A stretch of 64,000 bases of DNA from an uncultured delta proteobacterium. Its GTDB lineage: Bacteria > Desulfobacterota > Syntrophobacteria > BM002. The notes under the pieces are model-generated. The model worked only from the letters and a program-made list of their open reading frames with translations, had not been told where the DNA came from and made no database searches. Shown here one piece after another: positions 21,572 through 32,215 of the stretch. Position 1 is the stretch's first letter; every line of letters begins with the position of its first letter. Made by a program: the position numbers and the translations under genes. The stretch spans positions 125,875-189,874 of the forward strand of contig CAVQGX010000037.1 of assembly GCA_963712115.1 (NCBI GenBank), in the 5' to 3' direction.

Positions 21572-22516
21572 ATGGCGCCAAATATAACAGGTATTGAACG
21601 CCTCGACGGGCAAATTGGGACATCACCCAGTCATATCTTTATCGTAGGATCACCCAGGTCAGGCACGACTTTACTTCGATTTATTTTGAATTGCTCGGAT
21701 GAAGTTGCTATTTGTGGCGAAACCCACTTCTTGGGGACTCCAGGTGGCCAACGTCACACTTTTCGAAAAAGGTTCGCCAGGGTGGGTGACATAAAGACAG
21801 ATACGGGAGCCAAGAGAGTCGTTGATTATATTTATAAACTTCGTGTAAAAATCTTTTGGCTCTGGATCCAGCGAAACGTTGCTCGATCGGATTTTCTGTC
21901 AGAATTACTGAAGTCTGACCGAACCGACAGGGCGTTACTTGACCTGGTTACAGCCTTCTATGCCAGAGATAAGCCTGTCCGAGGCGAGAAAACGCCATCC
22001 CACATCTATCACGTACATACCCTGTTGGAATGGTTTCCGAGGGCGAAGATAGTTCACGTCGTTAGGGACCCACGTGCAATTTTCATGTCGAAGATAAAAA
22101 AGAAAATTCATCAAAAGGATGTTCCCCTGGTTCATCGTATCGTCAGAAAAAGTAATTTCGCTCTGAACTGTTATTATGGTCTCAGTATTCAAATAGATTG
22201 GCTTAGAATTATGCAATTACATCAAAAATACCAGCGCTTTTATCCAAACAATTATTGTCTTGTGCGCTATGAGGATCTGATTACGGATCCTCTGAACCAG
22301 TTGAAACAACTGTGCGACTTCCTGAATATACAGATGACAGAGAAAATGCTCGAGCCACAATTTGACAATTCTAGCTTTCGATTCAATCAAGATCAAACCA
22401 GAGGATTCAATACCGATGCTGTTGATCGCTGGCGCCAGCAAGTGTCTCCATTTGTCAGAAAGTGGTTTACTTTGTGGTGCAGACAGCACTTCCTGGAACT
22501 TGGTTACCCGTTATAG
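21572..22516 (+). CDS. Sulfotransferase (Sulfotransfer_3-like)
   Basis: IFIVGSPRSGTTLL, GEKTP, RDPRA, RYEDL. Confidence 0.9.
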   Translation: MAPNITGIERLDGQIGTSPSHIFIVGSPRSGTTLLRFILNCSDEVAICGETHFLGTPGGQRHTFRKRFARVGDIKTDTGAKRVVDYIYKLRVKIFWLWIQRNVARSDFLSELLKSDRTDRALLDLVTAFYARDKPVRGEKTPSHIYHVHTLLEWFPRAKIVHVVRDPRAIFMSKIKKKIHQKDVPLVHRIVRKSNFALNCYYGLSIQIDWLRIMQLHQKYQRFYPNNYCLVRYEDLITDPLNQLKQLCDFLNIQMTEKMLEPQFDNSSFRFNQDQTRGFNTDAVDRWRQQVSPFVRKWFTLWCRQHFLELGYPL

Positions 22517-22881
22517 TTAGAGTGGTCTGATTTGAGCCTGATGAATGTACCACTTTGAAAGTTAGAATTTGCTAGTTTTGCCCTTGGTAGTACAATTCTT
22601 TGAGCTTTTCCGCGACTAATCGTTATGATTGAGTATTCTAGTGGACAATACTATATCACATAATTTCATTCATTTTATGACAAAAAAGGGTTACGTCAAC
22701 TAGTACATAATCAGGTAAATTCTTTATTGAAGGAGGCTTTATATAGTCATTAATAAACATGCTCGTTAATGCTATTTTATTTACTGTTTTTTCTAATGGA
22801 AATTTCTGCAATCTCAATACTTCTGCCCCTTTCCTTCGAGTCTAAATATATCGTTTATCGATATCTTATATATATTTTGAA

Positions 22882-24069
22882 ATGAGCAAGAAAGTCACTT
22901 TTGTATATCCTTTTGATCCTACCGGAACTAAGGTGGGTGGTGTGGAAACCTTTATAAAAGGGTTTATCAAGCATGCACCTCCAAACCTGGAACTCGAGCA
23001 CATTGGTATAACTTCTTCTCCTTCTGAGAGACCTGTAAATGTGTGGCAATGGAATCACATTGATGATATGAAGTTCAGGTTTTATCCAATACTTTGTGAA
23101 GAGAAAGAAAACAGAAAACACATTATTCCCTTATCGCTGCGATTTACGGCAAAATTGACTAAATTGCCTATGGAGCTATCGGACAGAATTATCGTTTTCA
23201 ACAGACTCGAACCTTGTCTTGCTTTCATGTCCTCAAAGCATAGGAAAATTGGCTTAGTGCACAATGATGTAAAAAAACAGTTGATGAAAGGGAGCGACAG
23301 TTACTGGAAATACTTACCCTGGGTATACTCTATTGCCGAAAAGAGGATCCTGAGTTCATTGGATTATATTTACACAGTGAACATGCAGACATTCGATTTT
23401 TATAAACGGAAATATCCAAAGATTTCTTACAAAGTCAAATTCCTGCCCACTTGGGTTGATCAAGAGATCTTTTACGCGACTGATGAACCTAAGAATCATA
23501 TCCGCCAAGAACTTGCTGCCAGGTCTCAAATCCCCCTGGCGCACACGTGGATCCTTTTTGTCGGTAGGTTGCAAGAACAAAAGGCACCCATAAGGCTTAT
23601 AGAAACATTCCAGGAATATAAAAAAATTGATCCCAAATCTTGTTTGTTGATTGTAGGCGAAGGCAACTTAATGGAAGAAGTGGCTAAAAAAGCTAAAGAC
23701 TTGGGCGTTTATCCTTACATTCACTTCCTAGGATATAGAAGTCAAAGAGAACTTGTCAGGTTTTATCAAGCTGCCGACGTCCTGGTGCTTACGAGCAATT
23801 ATGAGGGCATGCCTCGCTCTTGCATGGAAGCACTTGGCTGTGGTCTACCCGTTGTCTCAACGGACGTGGGAGAAGTGCGGCGAGTTGTTCGAAATGGCTT
23901 TTCAGGAGAAATTGTAGAGGGTTTCTCTCCGGTTTCAATAGCTCGCCAGATAGACCGGGTGGTAAGAAGTCCTATGCAATATACAAGTGAAAATTGTTTG
24001 GCTGCGGTTAGTGATTATACTCCGGAGAATGTGCTTGGCCAAGTCTACGAACTAATCACGAGTCTTTAA
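22882..24069 (+). CDS. Glycosyltransferase family 4
   Basis: GGVET, FVGRLQEQK, EGMPRSCMEALGCGLPVV. Confidence 0.9.
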   Translation: MSKKVTFVYPFDPTGTKVGGVETFIKGFIKHAPPNLELEHIGITSSPSERPVNVWQWNHIDDMKFRFYPILCEEKENRKHIIPLSLRFTAKLTKLPMELSDRIIVFNRLEPCLAFMSSKHRKIGLVHNDVKKQLMKGSDSYWKYLPWVYSIAEKRILSSLDYIYTVNMQTFDFYKRKYPKISYKVKFLPTWVDQEIFYATDEPKNHIRQELAARSQIPLAHTWILFVGRLQEQKAPIRLIETFQEYKKIDPKSCLLIVGEGNLMEEVAKKAKDLGVYPYIHFLGYRSQRELVRFYQAADVLVLTSNYEGMPRSCMEALGCGLPVVSTDVGEVRRVVRNGFSGEIVEGFSPVSIARQIDRVVRSPMQYTSENCLAAVSDYTPENVLGQVYELITSL

Positions 24070-24202
24070 ATCCGGTTCGGAAGGATCTTCTACTCATGGT
24101 ATGATAGGCCCCTAATGATAAGCAGTTTAAGACAATATTATATCGAGAATAGAGAAATCCCTAAATTAAAATTTAGAAAATTAACTGGAGAATATACTGC
24201 TC

Positions 24203-24661
24203 GTGGCCATTCATCCTAGACGCATTCTAGCTATTGCTTCTGGGGGTGGGCATTGGGTCGAATTGCGGCGCCTCTTGCCTGCTTTTGAAGGGCATAAAAT
24301 AATTTTTGCTACTGTAGATAGCTTTTATCGACATGAAGTCGGCTGCCAGAAATTGTATGTTGTAGAAGACGCAACTCGCTGGAACAAGATCAAATTAGTG
24401 AAACTCGCACTGCAGGTGATAGTATTACTTTTACGCGAGCGACCCGAGATTATTGTTTCAACCGGAGCGGCGCCTGGATATTTTGCCTTGCGTTTAGGAA
24501 AGTTCCTTGGAGCTAGGACCATTTGGGTTGATAGCATAGCCAATGTCGGGGAACTCTCGCTGTCAGGAAGACTTGTTGGTAAATATGCAGACCTTTGGCT
24601 CACGCAGTGGCCACATTTAGCACATCCGGGGGGGCCTGAATATAAAGGTTCCGTCTTATGA
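24203..24661 (+). CDS. PssD/Cps14F (Alg14-like) glycosyltransferase subunit
   Basis: ASGGGHW, STGAAPG, DSIAN, TQWP. Confidence 0.85.
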   Translation: MAIHPRRILAIASGGGHWVELRRLLPAFEGHKIIFATVDSFYRHEVGCQKLYVVEDATRWNKIKLVKLALQVIVLLLRERPEIIVSTGAAPGYFALRLGKFLGARTIWVDSIANVGELSLSGRLVGKYADLWLTQWPHLAHPGGPEYKGSVL

Positions 24662-25134
24662 TTTTTGTAACAGTGGGCAGCCAAACGCCATTCGACAGGC
24701 TGATAAAACAAGTCGATTATTGGGCTAATAGGTGCGGTCGTAAAGACATTCTCGCACAAATTGGTTCAGGTGAATGGCTCCCCGGATATATCAATTGGAT
24801 CCGATTCCTCGACCCTGAAGAGTATCGAGATAAGCTGACCCAAGCGGATATTGTCATAGCACACGCCGGCACTGGGATAATCCTTAACGCCCTTGAGTTA
24901 GGTAAACCGTTACTGGTATTTCCTCGAAGCGCTTCACTGGGGGAGACTCGTAACGATCACCAAGTGGCAACGGCGAAGAAATTCGTTACTTTAGGATTGC
25001 TAGATGTAGCTTTTGATGAGCACGAATTAAACCAGAAGCTAGAACAAATCGAACAAGTTAGACCTGCTAGGCAAATCGGGTCCCACGCATCAGGAAAGTT
25101 GTTGAGTGCGATAGAGCGCTTTATTAATGGGTAA
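24658..25134 (+). CDS. PssE/Cps14G (Alg13-like, GT28 C-terminal) glycosyltransferase subunit
   Basis: MIFVTVGS..FDRL, HAGTG, NDHQ; overlaps its partner gene. Confidence 0.85.
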   Translation: MIFVTVGSQTPFDRLIKQVDYWANRCGRKDILAQIGSGEWLPGYINWIRFLDPEEYRDKLTQADIVIAHAGTGIILNALELGKPLLVFPRSASLGETRNDHQVATAKKFVTLGLLDVAFDEHELNQKLEQIEQVRPARQIGSHASGKLLSAIERFING

Positions 25135-25402
25135 GTTCGACATGCTGATGGTCACAAACAACATTTCATTCTTACATGGTAATGCCTAAGCTGTTTGCAC
25201 CTAATTCAATCCGTAGTATCGTAATAAATGAATTTAAATGAAAAGATTTTGAAGAATGGCCTTTCTCAATGGCCATCTAATTCTGCATCAAAATTATTTG
25301 AGTAGAGTCGGTAAGTATCTGCAAAAGTCAGAAAGTAATGTACTTGGTCAGTTCTTTTTTTTCGGGTTTTATACTCAAAGAAGAAATAGTAATTCTCTAT
25401 TA

Positions 25403-27070
25403 TCAATTTTGTGTAGTCGTGAAGTAATTAGGCTTTGACCATTCTCCCCAGAGAATATCACCACTGTATAACTCATAACCATGACGAACTCTCCATTTGT
25501 ACTTCATGTTATATTCTAGACTAACGCTGGAGAAGTTGAGCTCAACAAGAGCATCGGTTCGCTTTCCCGAATCGTAAACAGGTGTTTCAAAGCTTGTGTT
25601 TGCTAAGGCAACTTGCCACTGGGAGTAATGATGAGCTCGGGGACCCAAATAAGCTGAGGAGCGAAGTGTCGGTTTAATCCTAACAGCAGTTTTCTCATTT
25701 CCAGGGAAAGAACAAATAGCCTGATCTGGCTTAAGATCATCCCTGCTTAAAACCCAAGGGTGTGAAAGAAACTGCCCGATATTTTTCCCTCCCTTCAAGT
25801 CCGCTTCTCCGAGCCATACAAGACCATACGTGATCTTTGGAAAGGTATTCTGAACATGATACAGGAAATCGTTGTAAAAGTCATAGTCCTCGCCAGCTCC
25901 ACAACATCCGGTGGCTCCAAAAGGCTTGGGTAAGGCCGTCATGTCATCGTAAGGTGTCCAAGTCCAAGATGTCTTACCTTCTGTCATATTTTCATATAAT
26001 GCCCAAAGACGACACGGATTACCGGTATTCCCACTGACATACTGACGTGCTATGCTGACGCCATCATAGATCGAGCTTCCTACCATGTCCACGTAATTAT
26101 CCCCAGGATAGTAATCGTGCCAGTGTCCTCTCTGACTGGCAGTGTCACCAACATAGTAATGAGCTCCAAATACCCAGATAAGGTTGTTGAGCCCTTTTTT
26201 GACCGTCAGGTACTCAAAAGTATCTCGCCAGAGTTTGATGAAATCAGTGGCAGTTCCTTTCCCCCACCAGAAGTTCAGCTGATTCATCTCGTCGTACGGG
26301 AAAAATAATACTGTGACGCCAGCATCTTGTAATGTTTGAAGAGAAGTTGAGTACTTCTCTAGTGCATTATACCAGAACTCATGAATAGACTTTGTCGGGT
26401 CTGTCAGGTCACCCAAAGAGCTGTCAGAAGGGATTGCTGACTTGATACCCTCGCTAGTCCAAGGGTTTCTAGGGGCAAAGTTTACAAAAACAAGACCGCC
26501 ACTTTTCCAGTATTCGATTAGAGTGGGCGTGATGTCTGACTCTCCCCCCAATCCCCACCCAGTGCCTATCAGTGGCATCCATACACCGTAATTCTGATGT
26601 ATGTACTCAATGTAATTCGGGTAGTTATTTAGAGCCGTCCCCCCTGTATTGCCGAGAAATTGCCCCATGAGCAGTCTTTTTTCACTCTTGTTAGGCAAGT
26701 TCTTGAGCCAATTGAGAAATGCTTTAACATCATTATTCGCATTGGGATTTGCTGTCTCTATTTCTGTAGAATCCTTAGAGATGGCTAGATTCCCAGGAGT
26801 TGGGAAGGCGGCCTCGGACAAGGCACTCTTGTTGAGTAGACCAATTGCTGTAAAGATGCAGCAAAATACCATAAGCGCCCGAGATAGACTTGTTCTGCTT
26901 TGGGCATCTGAACGTATCTTCAACAATGAAAGGCAAGTTCTTTTACAGTACTTTAGTTTCATCTGTTCCCCCTGTTGTTTCTTGGGCTTGTGAAGTTCTG
27001 TGGCTTCGGTTCCAGATGCAATCGCATCCAATGTTGCGTGTCTTTTGTTATCTTCAGAGTCTTTGGACAA
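25403..27070 (-). CDS. Secreted GH26-like protein with a C-terminal FN3-like domain; nucleophile apparently substituted
   Basis: DEMNQLNFWWG, GLNNLIWV, YYPGDNYVDMVG; KPFGATGCCG lies where KPxxxxE is expected. Confidence 0.75.
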   Translation of the reverse strand: MSKDSEDNKRHATLDAIASGTEATELHKPKKQQGEQMKLKYCKRTCLSLLKIRSDAQSRTSLSRALMVFCCIFTAIGLLNKSALSEAAFPTPGNLAISKDSTEIETANPNANNDVKAFLNWLKNLPNKSEKRLLMGQFLGNTGGTALNNYPNYIEYIHQNYGVWMPLIGTGWGLGGESDITPTLIEYWKSGGLVFVNFAPRNPWTSEGIKSAIPSDSSLGDLTDPTKSIHEFWYNALEKYSTSLQTLQDAGVTVLFFPYDEMNQLNFWWGKGTATDFIKLWRDTFEYLTVKKGLNNLIWVFGAHYYVGDTASQRGHWHDYYPGDNYVDMVGSSIYDGVSIARQYVSGNTGNPCRLWALYENMTEGKTSWTWTPYDDMTALPKPFGATGCCGAGEDYDFYNDFLYHVQNTFPKITYGLVWLGEADLKGGKNIGQFLSHPWVLSRDDLKPDQAICSFPGNEKTAVRIKPTLRSSAYLGPRAHHYSQWQVALANTSFETPVYDSGKRTDALVELNFSSVSLEYNMKYKWRVRHGYELYSGDILWGEWSKPNYFTTTQN

Positions 27071-27332
27071 GTCATAACAACGTTGCGGAGCTATTTCATA
27101 ATCTATTTAAGATATCACCTAATGCGAACGTTTACAACAATACGCCCATTCCAGCATCAGTGAATCGACCTTCTAGATTCATGCCTGCCCCGCTCAACTG
27201 GACTCTGCTTGCTCCACAGCACAGGAGAATTCACAATTAGCTTCAGCTCGCAAATTTTATTACTTTCCGATTTTGGAGTCATTTCTAGGATTTCTATGTG
27301 GTATATGGCTCGAACTACCAATGAAATTTTGA

Positions 27333-27348
27333 AGCAATATGGATGCCA
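27333..27348 (-). promoter_or_regulatory. sigma54 promoter for the GH26-like gene
   Basis: Minus strand TGGCATCCATATTGCT, consensus match. Confidence 0.7.
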
Positions 27349-27851
27349 TATCTGAAATATCGTTCACATCCAAAATAAATCTATCTCTATCTTAAAATTT
27401 TGTCAGCAGAATATCGCAAGGGATTCCACTGGAGTACCTAGTTTCTATTGGCGATTAATACAAAAAGATTGAGGGATATTTGAGGGTCTTGAAAAATTAA
27501 GCATTTGACTATTAAAGATATTTTCAGCCCAGGGTAAGGGCTTTTTGTATCGGATTTGGTACACTGCTGTACACTCCAGTTCACTACAAATTACTCCATT
27601 TGGCTGGGCCAGCTCGAGGTCAAAAAGTATCCGTACTATCCAAGCTGTTGGTAAATGGCCGGATGAGGCATAGTCCTGAGCAGGGTAGATTCCGTAAGAT
27701 TCAGAAAATATCGTCTGGTTCCACACAAATGATCGCGGCCTGCTATCTGCAGAATACGGCCAGTCAGCTATGAGCGTAAGCAACTAATATCCCTTGGTAA
27801 TCACCAGATTTAGATTCTCAGTACTGACTGATACCGAAGGAGTATTCAAAG

Positions 27852-29228
27852 ATGACTTTCGAGAAAAATATACTGTGCATCGGCGCCGGTCATGTTGGTG
27901 GACCGACCATGGGCGTAATTGCCCACAAATGCCCACAATACAGGGTTATGGTGGTGGATATAGACCCGTTGCGCATCGCTGAGTGGAATTCTAATAATCT
28001 TCCTATTTTTGAGCCGGGGCTGGATGAAATTGTCCAAGAAGCTAGAGGCAAGAATCTCTTTTTCAGTACAGACATAGCAAGAGGCATAAAGGAAAGTGAA
28101 ATCATATTCGTTAGCGTCAACACGCCCACCAAGGAGTTCGGTGCGGGGGCAGGCCAGGCCGCCGACCTTCAGTACTGGGAAAAAACAGCCAGACAAATAC
28201 TTCAATATTCTGAGTCAGACAAGATAATCGTTGAAAAGAGCACCGTGCCGGTAAAGACAGCAGAGGCAATGAGGTGCATTCTAGCGGCAGGAGGTAATGG
28301 TGTCAGGTTCGAGGTGCTCTCCAACCCTGAATTTCTTGCCGAAGGCACGGCCGTCGCTGACTTACTCTATCCCGACAGGGTTCTCATTGGCTCCGCCAAC
28401 AGTGACAGCGGGCTGCTGGCGCGTGACGCATTAGTAAAGCTTTATGCTAACTGGGTTCCAAGAGAACGTATCATAACCACTGATCTGTGGAGCAGCGAGC
28501 TTTCCAAGCTGGTGGCAAACGCCTTTCTGGCTCAGAGGGTTTCTTCAATAAACTCTATTTCTGCACTGTGCGAAAAGACCCATGCCGACATTTGTGAAGT
28601 AGCTTCGGCTGTAGGAATGGACAAGCGTATTGGCGACAAATTCTTGAATGCCAGTGTGGGTTTTGGGGGCTCGTGCTTCAAAAAAGATATTTTGAACCTT
28701 GTATACCTGTGCAAACATTACGGCCTCCAGGAGGTTGCGGATTACTGGGATAGCGTTGTCAAAATAAATGTCTATCAACAGGAGCGATTCGTACTCAACA
28801 TGTTAAACTCCATGTTTAACACCTTATCGGGTAAGACAATCTGTCTCTTCGGATTCGCTTTCAAGGCCAATACAGCAGACACCAGGGAGAGCCCAGCACT
28901 TTCAATAGCCAAGCGACTGCTGGAGGAAAATGCTGAAGTGGTCGTTACTGACCCTAAGGCCTTGAAGAACGCAAGGAATGACCTCAAAGATATGGACGGG
29001 AGAGTGGCCTACAAAGAAGATCCATACGAAGCAGTTCAGGGCTGCCATGCAATAGCTGTAATGACAGAATGGGATCTGTATCGAAGTTTGGATTACGAAA
29101 GGATTTTCCACTGCATGAGTAAACCTGCATTCATTTTTGACGGTAGGAATATTCTGGATCATAAGAGACTCTTTACCATCGGGTTCAACGTTTACCCCAC
29201 AGGTAAACCGCCTTTAAGTCATTTTTGA
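27852..29228 (+). CDS. ugd: UDP-glucose 6-dehydrogenase
   Basis: CIGAGHVGGPT, EKSTVP, SNPEFLAEG, GFGGSCFKKD, FDGRN. Confidence 0.95.
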   Translation: MTFEKNILCIGAGHVGGPTMGVIAHKCPQYRVMVVDIDPLRIAEWNSNNLPIFEPGLDEIVQEARGKNLFFSTDIARGIKESEIIFVSVNTPTKEFGAGAGQAADLQYWEKTARQILQYSESDKIIVEKSTVPVKTAEAMRCILAAGGNGVRFEVLSNPEFLAEGTAVADLLYPDRVLIGSANSDSGLLARDALVKLYANWVPRERIITTDLWSSELSKLVANAFLAQRVSSINSISALCEKTHADICEVASAVGMDKRIGDKFLNASVGFGGSCFKKDILNLVYLCKHYGLQEVADYWDSVVKINVYQQERFVLNMLNSMFNTLSGKTICLFGFAFKANTADTRESPALSIAKRLLEENAEVVVTDPKALKNARNDLKDMDGRVAYKEDPYEAVQGCHAIAVMTEWDLYRSLDYERIFHCMSKPAFIFDGRNILDHKRLFTIGFNVYPTGKPPLSHF

Positions 29229-29345
29229 TACCATTTGAAAAGTAACAATCCTGCATCATCATTTTGACTCCTAAAAATTTAGTCTAAACTTTCCCATTCG
29301 AGCAGCTAGCTTACATACTCCTCACAAATTGATGCGGTGGCATAA

Positions 29346-29894
29346 ATGATTGAAAGAAATGTCTTTTATACCTCTTTTCTAAACTGCTTAAGGCCAGAGG
29401 GGTTTTTGAATCGGACCAGAACGTGGAGAGAAGTAAGATATTTTGCGAGATTTTTATCAAGTTGGTCCTTTGTGGTCATCTTATTCTTGGCATTTTGTGC
29501 CACTCCGATTGTATTAGTGCATGGCTATGTGGTCCCAATCCCGATAGCTCTGAAGATTTTTGGCGCCTTTCACATCAATCCGGTTGCTTGGGAATATAAC
29601 ATAGAGAAAGGTGATCTTGGGGATGTGGGAGCAGAATACGAAGCTTGGGGTAATAAGAAAGGGTTTGGCAAACGAACCGCGGTCTTCTGGCAATACTTCC
29701 TGTGGTATGCTTGGCCTTTTTTGATTGCTTACGCACTCTATATTTTTGTTTCTTTTTATATACTCATCCACAAGCTTTCCAATGTATTATTCGCCGAGTA
29801 CAAAAGCAAAGTGTTGCGGCGAAAAACAGCTTATTATCTAAAAAGTCAAGGCCTTAGTGAGAACCCAGATCTCTATGAAACTCCATTCTTCTAA
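29346..29894 (+). CDS. Hypothetical membrane protein
   Basis: 182-aa ORF with two hydrophobic segments; no recognised motif. Confidence 0.55.
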   Translation: MIERNVFYTSFLNCLRPEGFLNRTRTWREVRYFARFLSSWSFVVILFLAFCATPIVLVHGYVVPIPIALKIFGAFHINPVAWEYNIEKGDLGDVGAEYEAWGNKKGFGKRTAVFWQYFLWYAWPFLIAYALYIFVSFYILIHKLSNVLFAEYKSKVLRRKTAYYLKSQGLSENPDLYETPFF

Positions 29895-29987
29895 GTTGGT
29901 GTGCTTTCTCCTTGGCTCGTCGTGCAATATATCCAAACCACCCCACTCTGCGCAGGTATACTTTTGCTATACTCGTAAATTAATAAT

Positions 29988-30722
29988 GGGTCATGACTAG
30001 AACAGCGGGTACTGTCTGCACATTCTAAGTAGGATTGCGGAGGGATTTTCACCTCTATGGTTGAATCTAAACTCGCACTCCTTTAAGTGCAAATAAAAGG
30101 TGGATTTACTCATACCCCTGAACTTAGAGAGTCTGGTTTTTGAATAACCCCAAAAGCTTTCGATTCCGTTGATATGAGATTTGCCCTGAACGAACTGATC
30201 AGTGGCATGTTGAACCCGAAAATGTTTTTTGTAACCCAAGTCAACGAGGCCGTTGTAGCCACGCCAGTAATCGGAATGGATAACACTATCAGGACTCACA
30301 CGGCCCCTGATAACCGCCTGAAGGGTCTTGCGTCTACAGTCAGGAACAATTTCCGTGTAGACTTTACCATTTCGTTGGAAAATGCCAAATACAATGGTTT
30401 TACCACCCGCCCCGCGGCCTCTTCGGCCTTTGAAGCGGCGGGCACCGAAATAGGACTCGTCAACCTCAACTACGCCAGAAAAGGGTGATTGTTCTTCACA
30501 ATGCTGAGCAATCCTCTTTCGAATTTCATTGAGGTAACGGTTGACTGTATTGCGGTTGAGTCCGGTGACTTTGGCAATCTGAGAGGCGTCCAAATCGACA
30601 GAGAAAAGCTTGATAAACTCTCGAAATTTCCTCTCAGAAAGTTTCGCACCTTTTGCATACTTGTTTTTCCGCGTCATGACTACTTTTAGCACGATTTAAC
30701 AGTGCTGTTCTAGTCATGACCC
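29988..30722 (-). mobile_element. Complete IS1595-family insertion sequence (735 bp)
   Basis: Perfect 19-bp TIRs gggtcatgactagaacagc / gctgttctagtcatgaccc; 8-bp TSD ttaataat at 29980-29987 and 30723-30730. Confidence 0.95.
29997..30692 (-). CDS. IS1595-family transposase
   Basis: VEVDESYFG, RGRGAGGK, HSDYWRGY, HINGIESFW, LKECEFRFN. Confidence 0.95.
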   Translation of the reverse strand: MLKVVMTRKNKYAKGAKLSERKFREFIKLFSVDLDASQIAKVTGLNRNTVNRYLNEIRKRIAQHCEEQSPFSGVVEVDESYFGARRFKGRRGRGAGGKTIVFGIFQRNGKVYTEIVPDCRRKTLQAVIRGRVSPDSVIHSDYWRGYNGLVDLGYKKHFRVQHATDQFVQGKSHINGIESFWGYSKTRLSKFRGMSKSTFYLHLKECEFRFNHRGENPSAILLRMCRQYPLF

Positions 30723-30841
30723 TTAATAATTTGTGATTTGGCTTGATGAGCTTGTAGTCGAGACAAAAAATCTCTCTTTGGAGCCTGTTCGACAACTAGT
30801 TTCACCTCCTGCGGAAACTGTGTCAGAATTCGCCGAACGCA

Positions 30842-30884
30842 TCATTCCGGGCGAGCTCCGCTTCGCGAGGCGAGATCCGGAATT
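30842..30884. repeat. Short palindromic REP-like element
   Basis: tcattccgggc...gatccggaatt inverted arms. Confidence 0.4.
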
Positions 30885-30900
30885 TAGTGAAAGTGATGAA

Positions 30901-31040
30901 GTGCGACACATTCTCCCAGAGGACGGGAAGAGTGGTTTTCAGTCCGGTCGAAAAGGCTGAAACCGAGGAACTGGATGAGGGAAACCTTCACGTCCGGGTC
31001 TGTGGCGGGAGCGCTGGGTAACCGGTGCTTCTACCCGGAA
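30901..31040 (+). mobile_element. Miniature group II intron-like element (GTGCG 5' end + domains V and VI)
   Basis: Starts gtgcgacac; DV gaactggatgagg-gaaa-ccttcacgtccgggtc; DVI ending ctacccggaa. Confidence 0.7.
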
Positions 31041-31106
31041 ATGCAAGTTTCAGACTGCTCTAGTAGAGATTCACTACTAATCACTATATGCACTTGAGAC
31101 ACTTAG

Positions 31107-32129
31107 ATGTTTGGCCAGACGGGTCTGGGGGTTGCAAGGCTAACGGAGGTTAATATGGATATTCCTGTTGTGATTATTATATTCCGGCGAGCTAAGATCA
31201 CCGAGCGAGTTCTCAAGCAAATCGCTAAGGCGAAGCCCCGCAGACTGTTTGTGATTGCTGACGGGCCGCGACCGGATAGGCCTGAAGACATAGATGAATG
31301 TGCAGATACTCGTGCGGTTATCGATCGCATAGATTGGGACTGTGAGGTATACAAGAACTATTCAGACGTAAACATGGGAGTCGATCATCGCATACCCACG
31401 GGGCTTACCTGGGTGTTTGAACAGGTGGATATGGCCATCATCCTTGAAGATGACTGCGTGCCTCATCCGACTTTTTTCCAATACTGTGAAGAGCTTTTGG
31501 AAAGATTTAGAGACGACGAGAGAGTGATGCATATCTCTGGAAGGAGTGTTTTTCCGGAGAAACCAAGGGCGCCTTATAGTTACTATTTTTCTAGCTCTAT
31601 GTCTTGGTTGGGCTGGGCCACTTGGGCAAGAGCGTGGAGACATTTTGATCTTGATATAAGCTTATGGCCAGAACTACGCAATACGCGGTGGCTGTGGGAA
31701 ACTTGGGGAGATAAGAGAGCAGTCAAATTTTTTTCGAACTTATTTGAGAAACATTACGTGGAAAAACAGCCGAAGTCTGATCTCTTTTGGCTCCTGGCAG
31801 TTTGGTCACAGAATGGCCTTGGTATCAGGCCATATTCTAACCTTGTCTACTATGCAGGTTATGAAGACGCTACTAATCCTGATTTTTCCCGCAGGGAACA
31901 TTTCGATTTTCCAACTTCAGCAATGCAGTTCCCAATTCGGCACCCACCCTCTATAGCTAGGGATACCGAAGCCGACAAATTTGCCTTGGATCGATTTTTT
32001 GCGGACTATAAGGGTGTATACTATAATATAGTTGGTTATCCCTTATATCTTAAAATATATCGAAAATTGAGGCGGCATCTTTCGGGGATTATCCCTAGCA
32101 GGATACGTAATCTTGTCGATAGGTCATGA
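31107..32129 (+). CDS. GT-A fold glycosyltransferase (HlpA-like GT2; probable start 31155)
   Basis: PVVIIIFRR, ADGPR, IILEDDC, WLGWATWARAW. Confidence 0.85.
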   Translation: MFGQTGLGVARLTEVNMDIPVVIIIFRRAKITERVLKQIAKAKPRRLFVIADGPRPDRPEDIDECADTRAVIDRIDWDCEVYKNYSDVNMGVDHRIPTGLTWVFEQVDMAIILEDDCVPHPTFFQYCEELLERFRDDERVMHISGRSVFPEKPRAPYSYYFSSSMSWLGWATWARAWRHFDLDISLWPELRNTRWLWETWGDKRAVKFFSNLFEKHYVEKQPKSDLFWLLAVWSQNGLGIRPYSNLVYYAGYEDATNPDFSRREHFDFPTSAMQFPIRHPPSIARDTEADKFALDRFFADYKGVYYNIVGYPLYLKIYRKLRRHLSGIIPSRIRNLVDRS

Positions 32130-32215
32130 TAGGTCCTTTTCTTATTTCAATAGACCAAAATAGTTATGGGGCCAATTTCCTAACATCTAAGGTTCGATAC
32201 ATTCTCTGTGTTTAA

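Noticed and set aside
27445-27783. 112-aa ORF between the GH26-like gene and ugd (also 36433-36714, 56573-56758, 60498-60716)
   Set aside because: No recognisable motifs or RBS; cannot be supported
30733-30960. 75-aa ORF as an intron-encoded RT remnant
   Set aside because: No RT or maturase motifs; it spans a palindromic repeat and the element boundary
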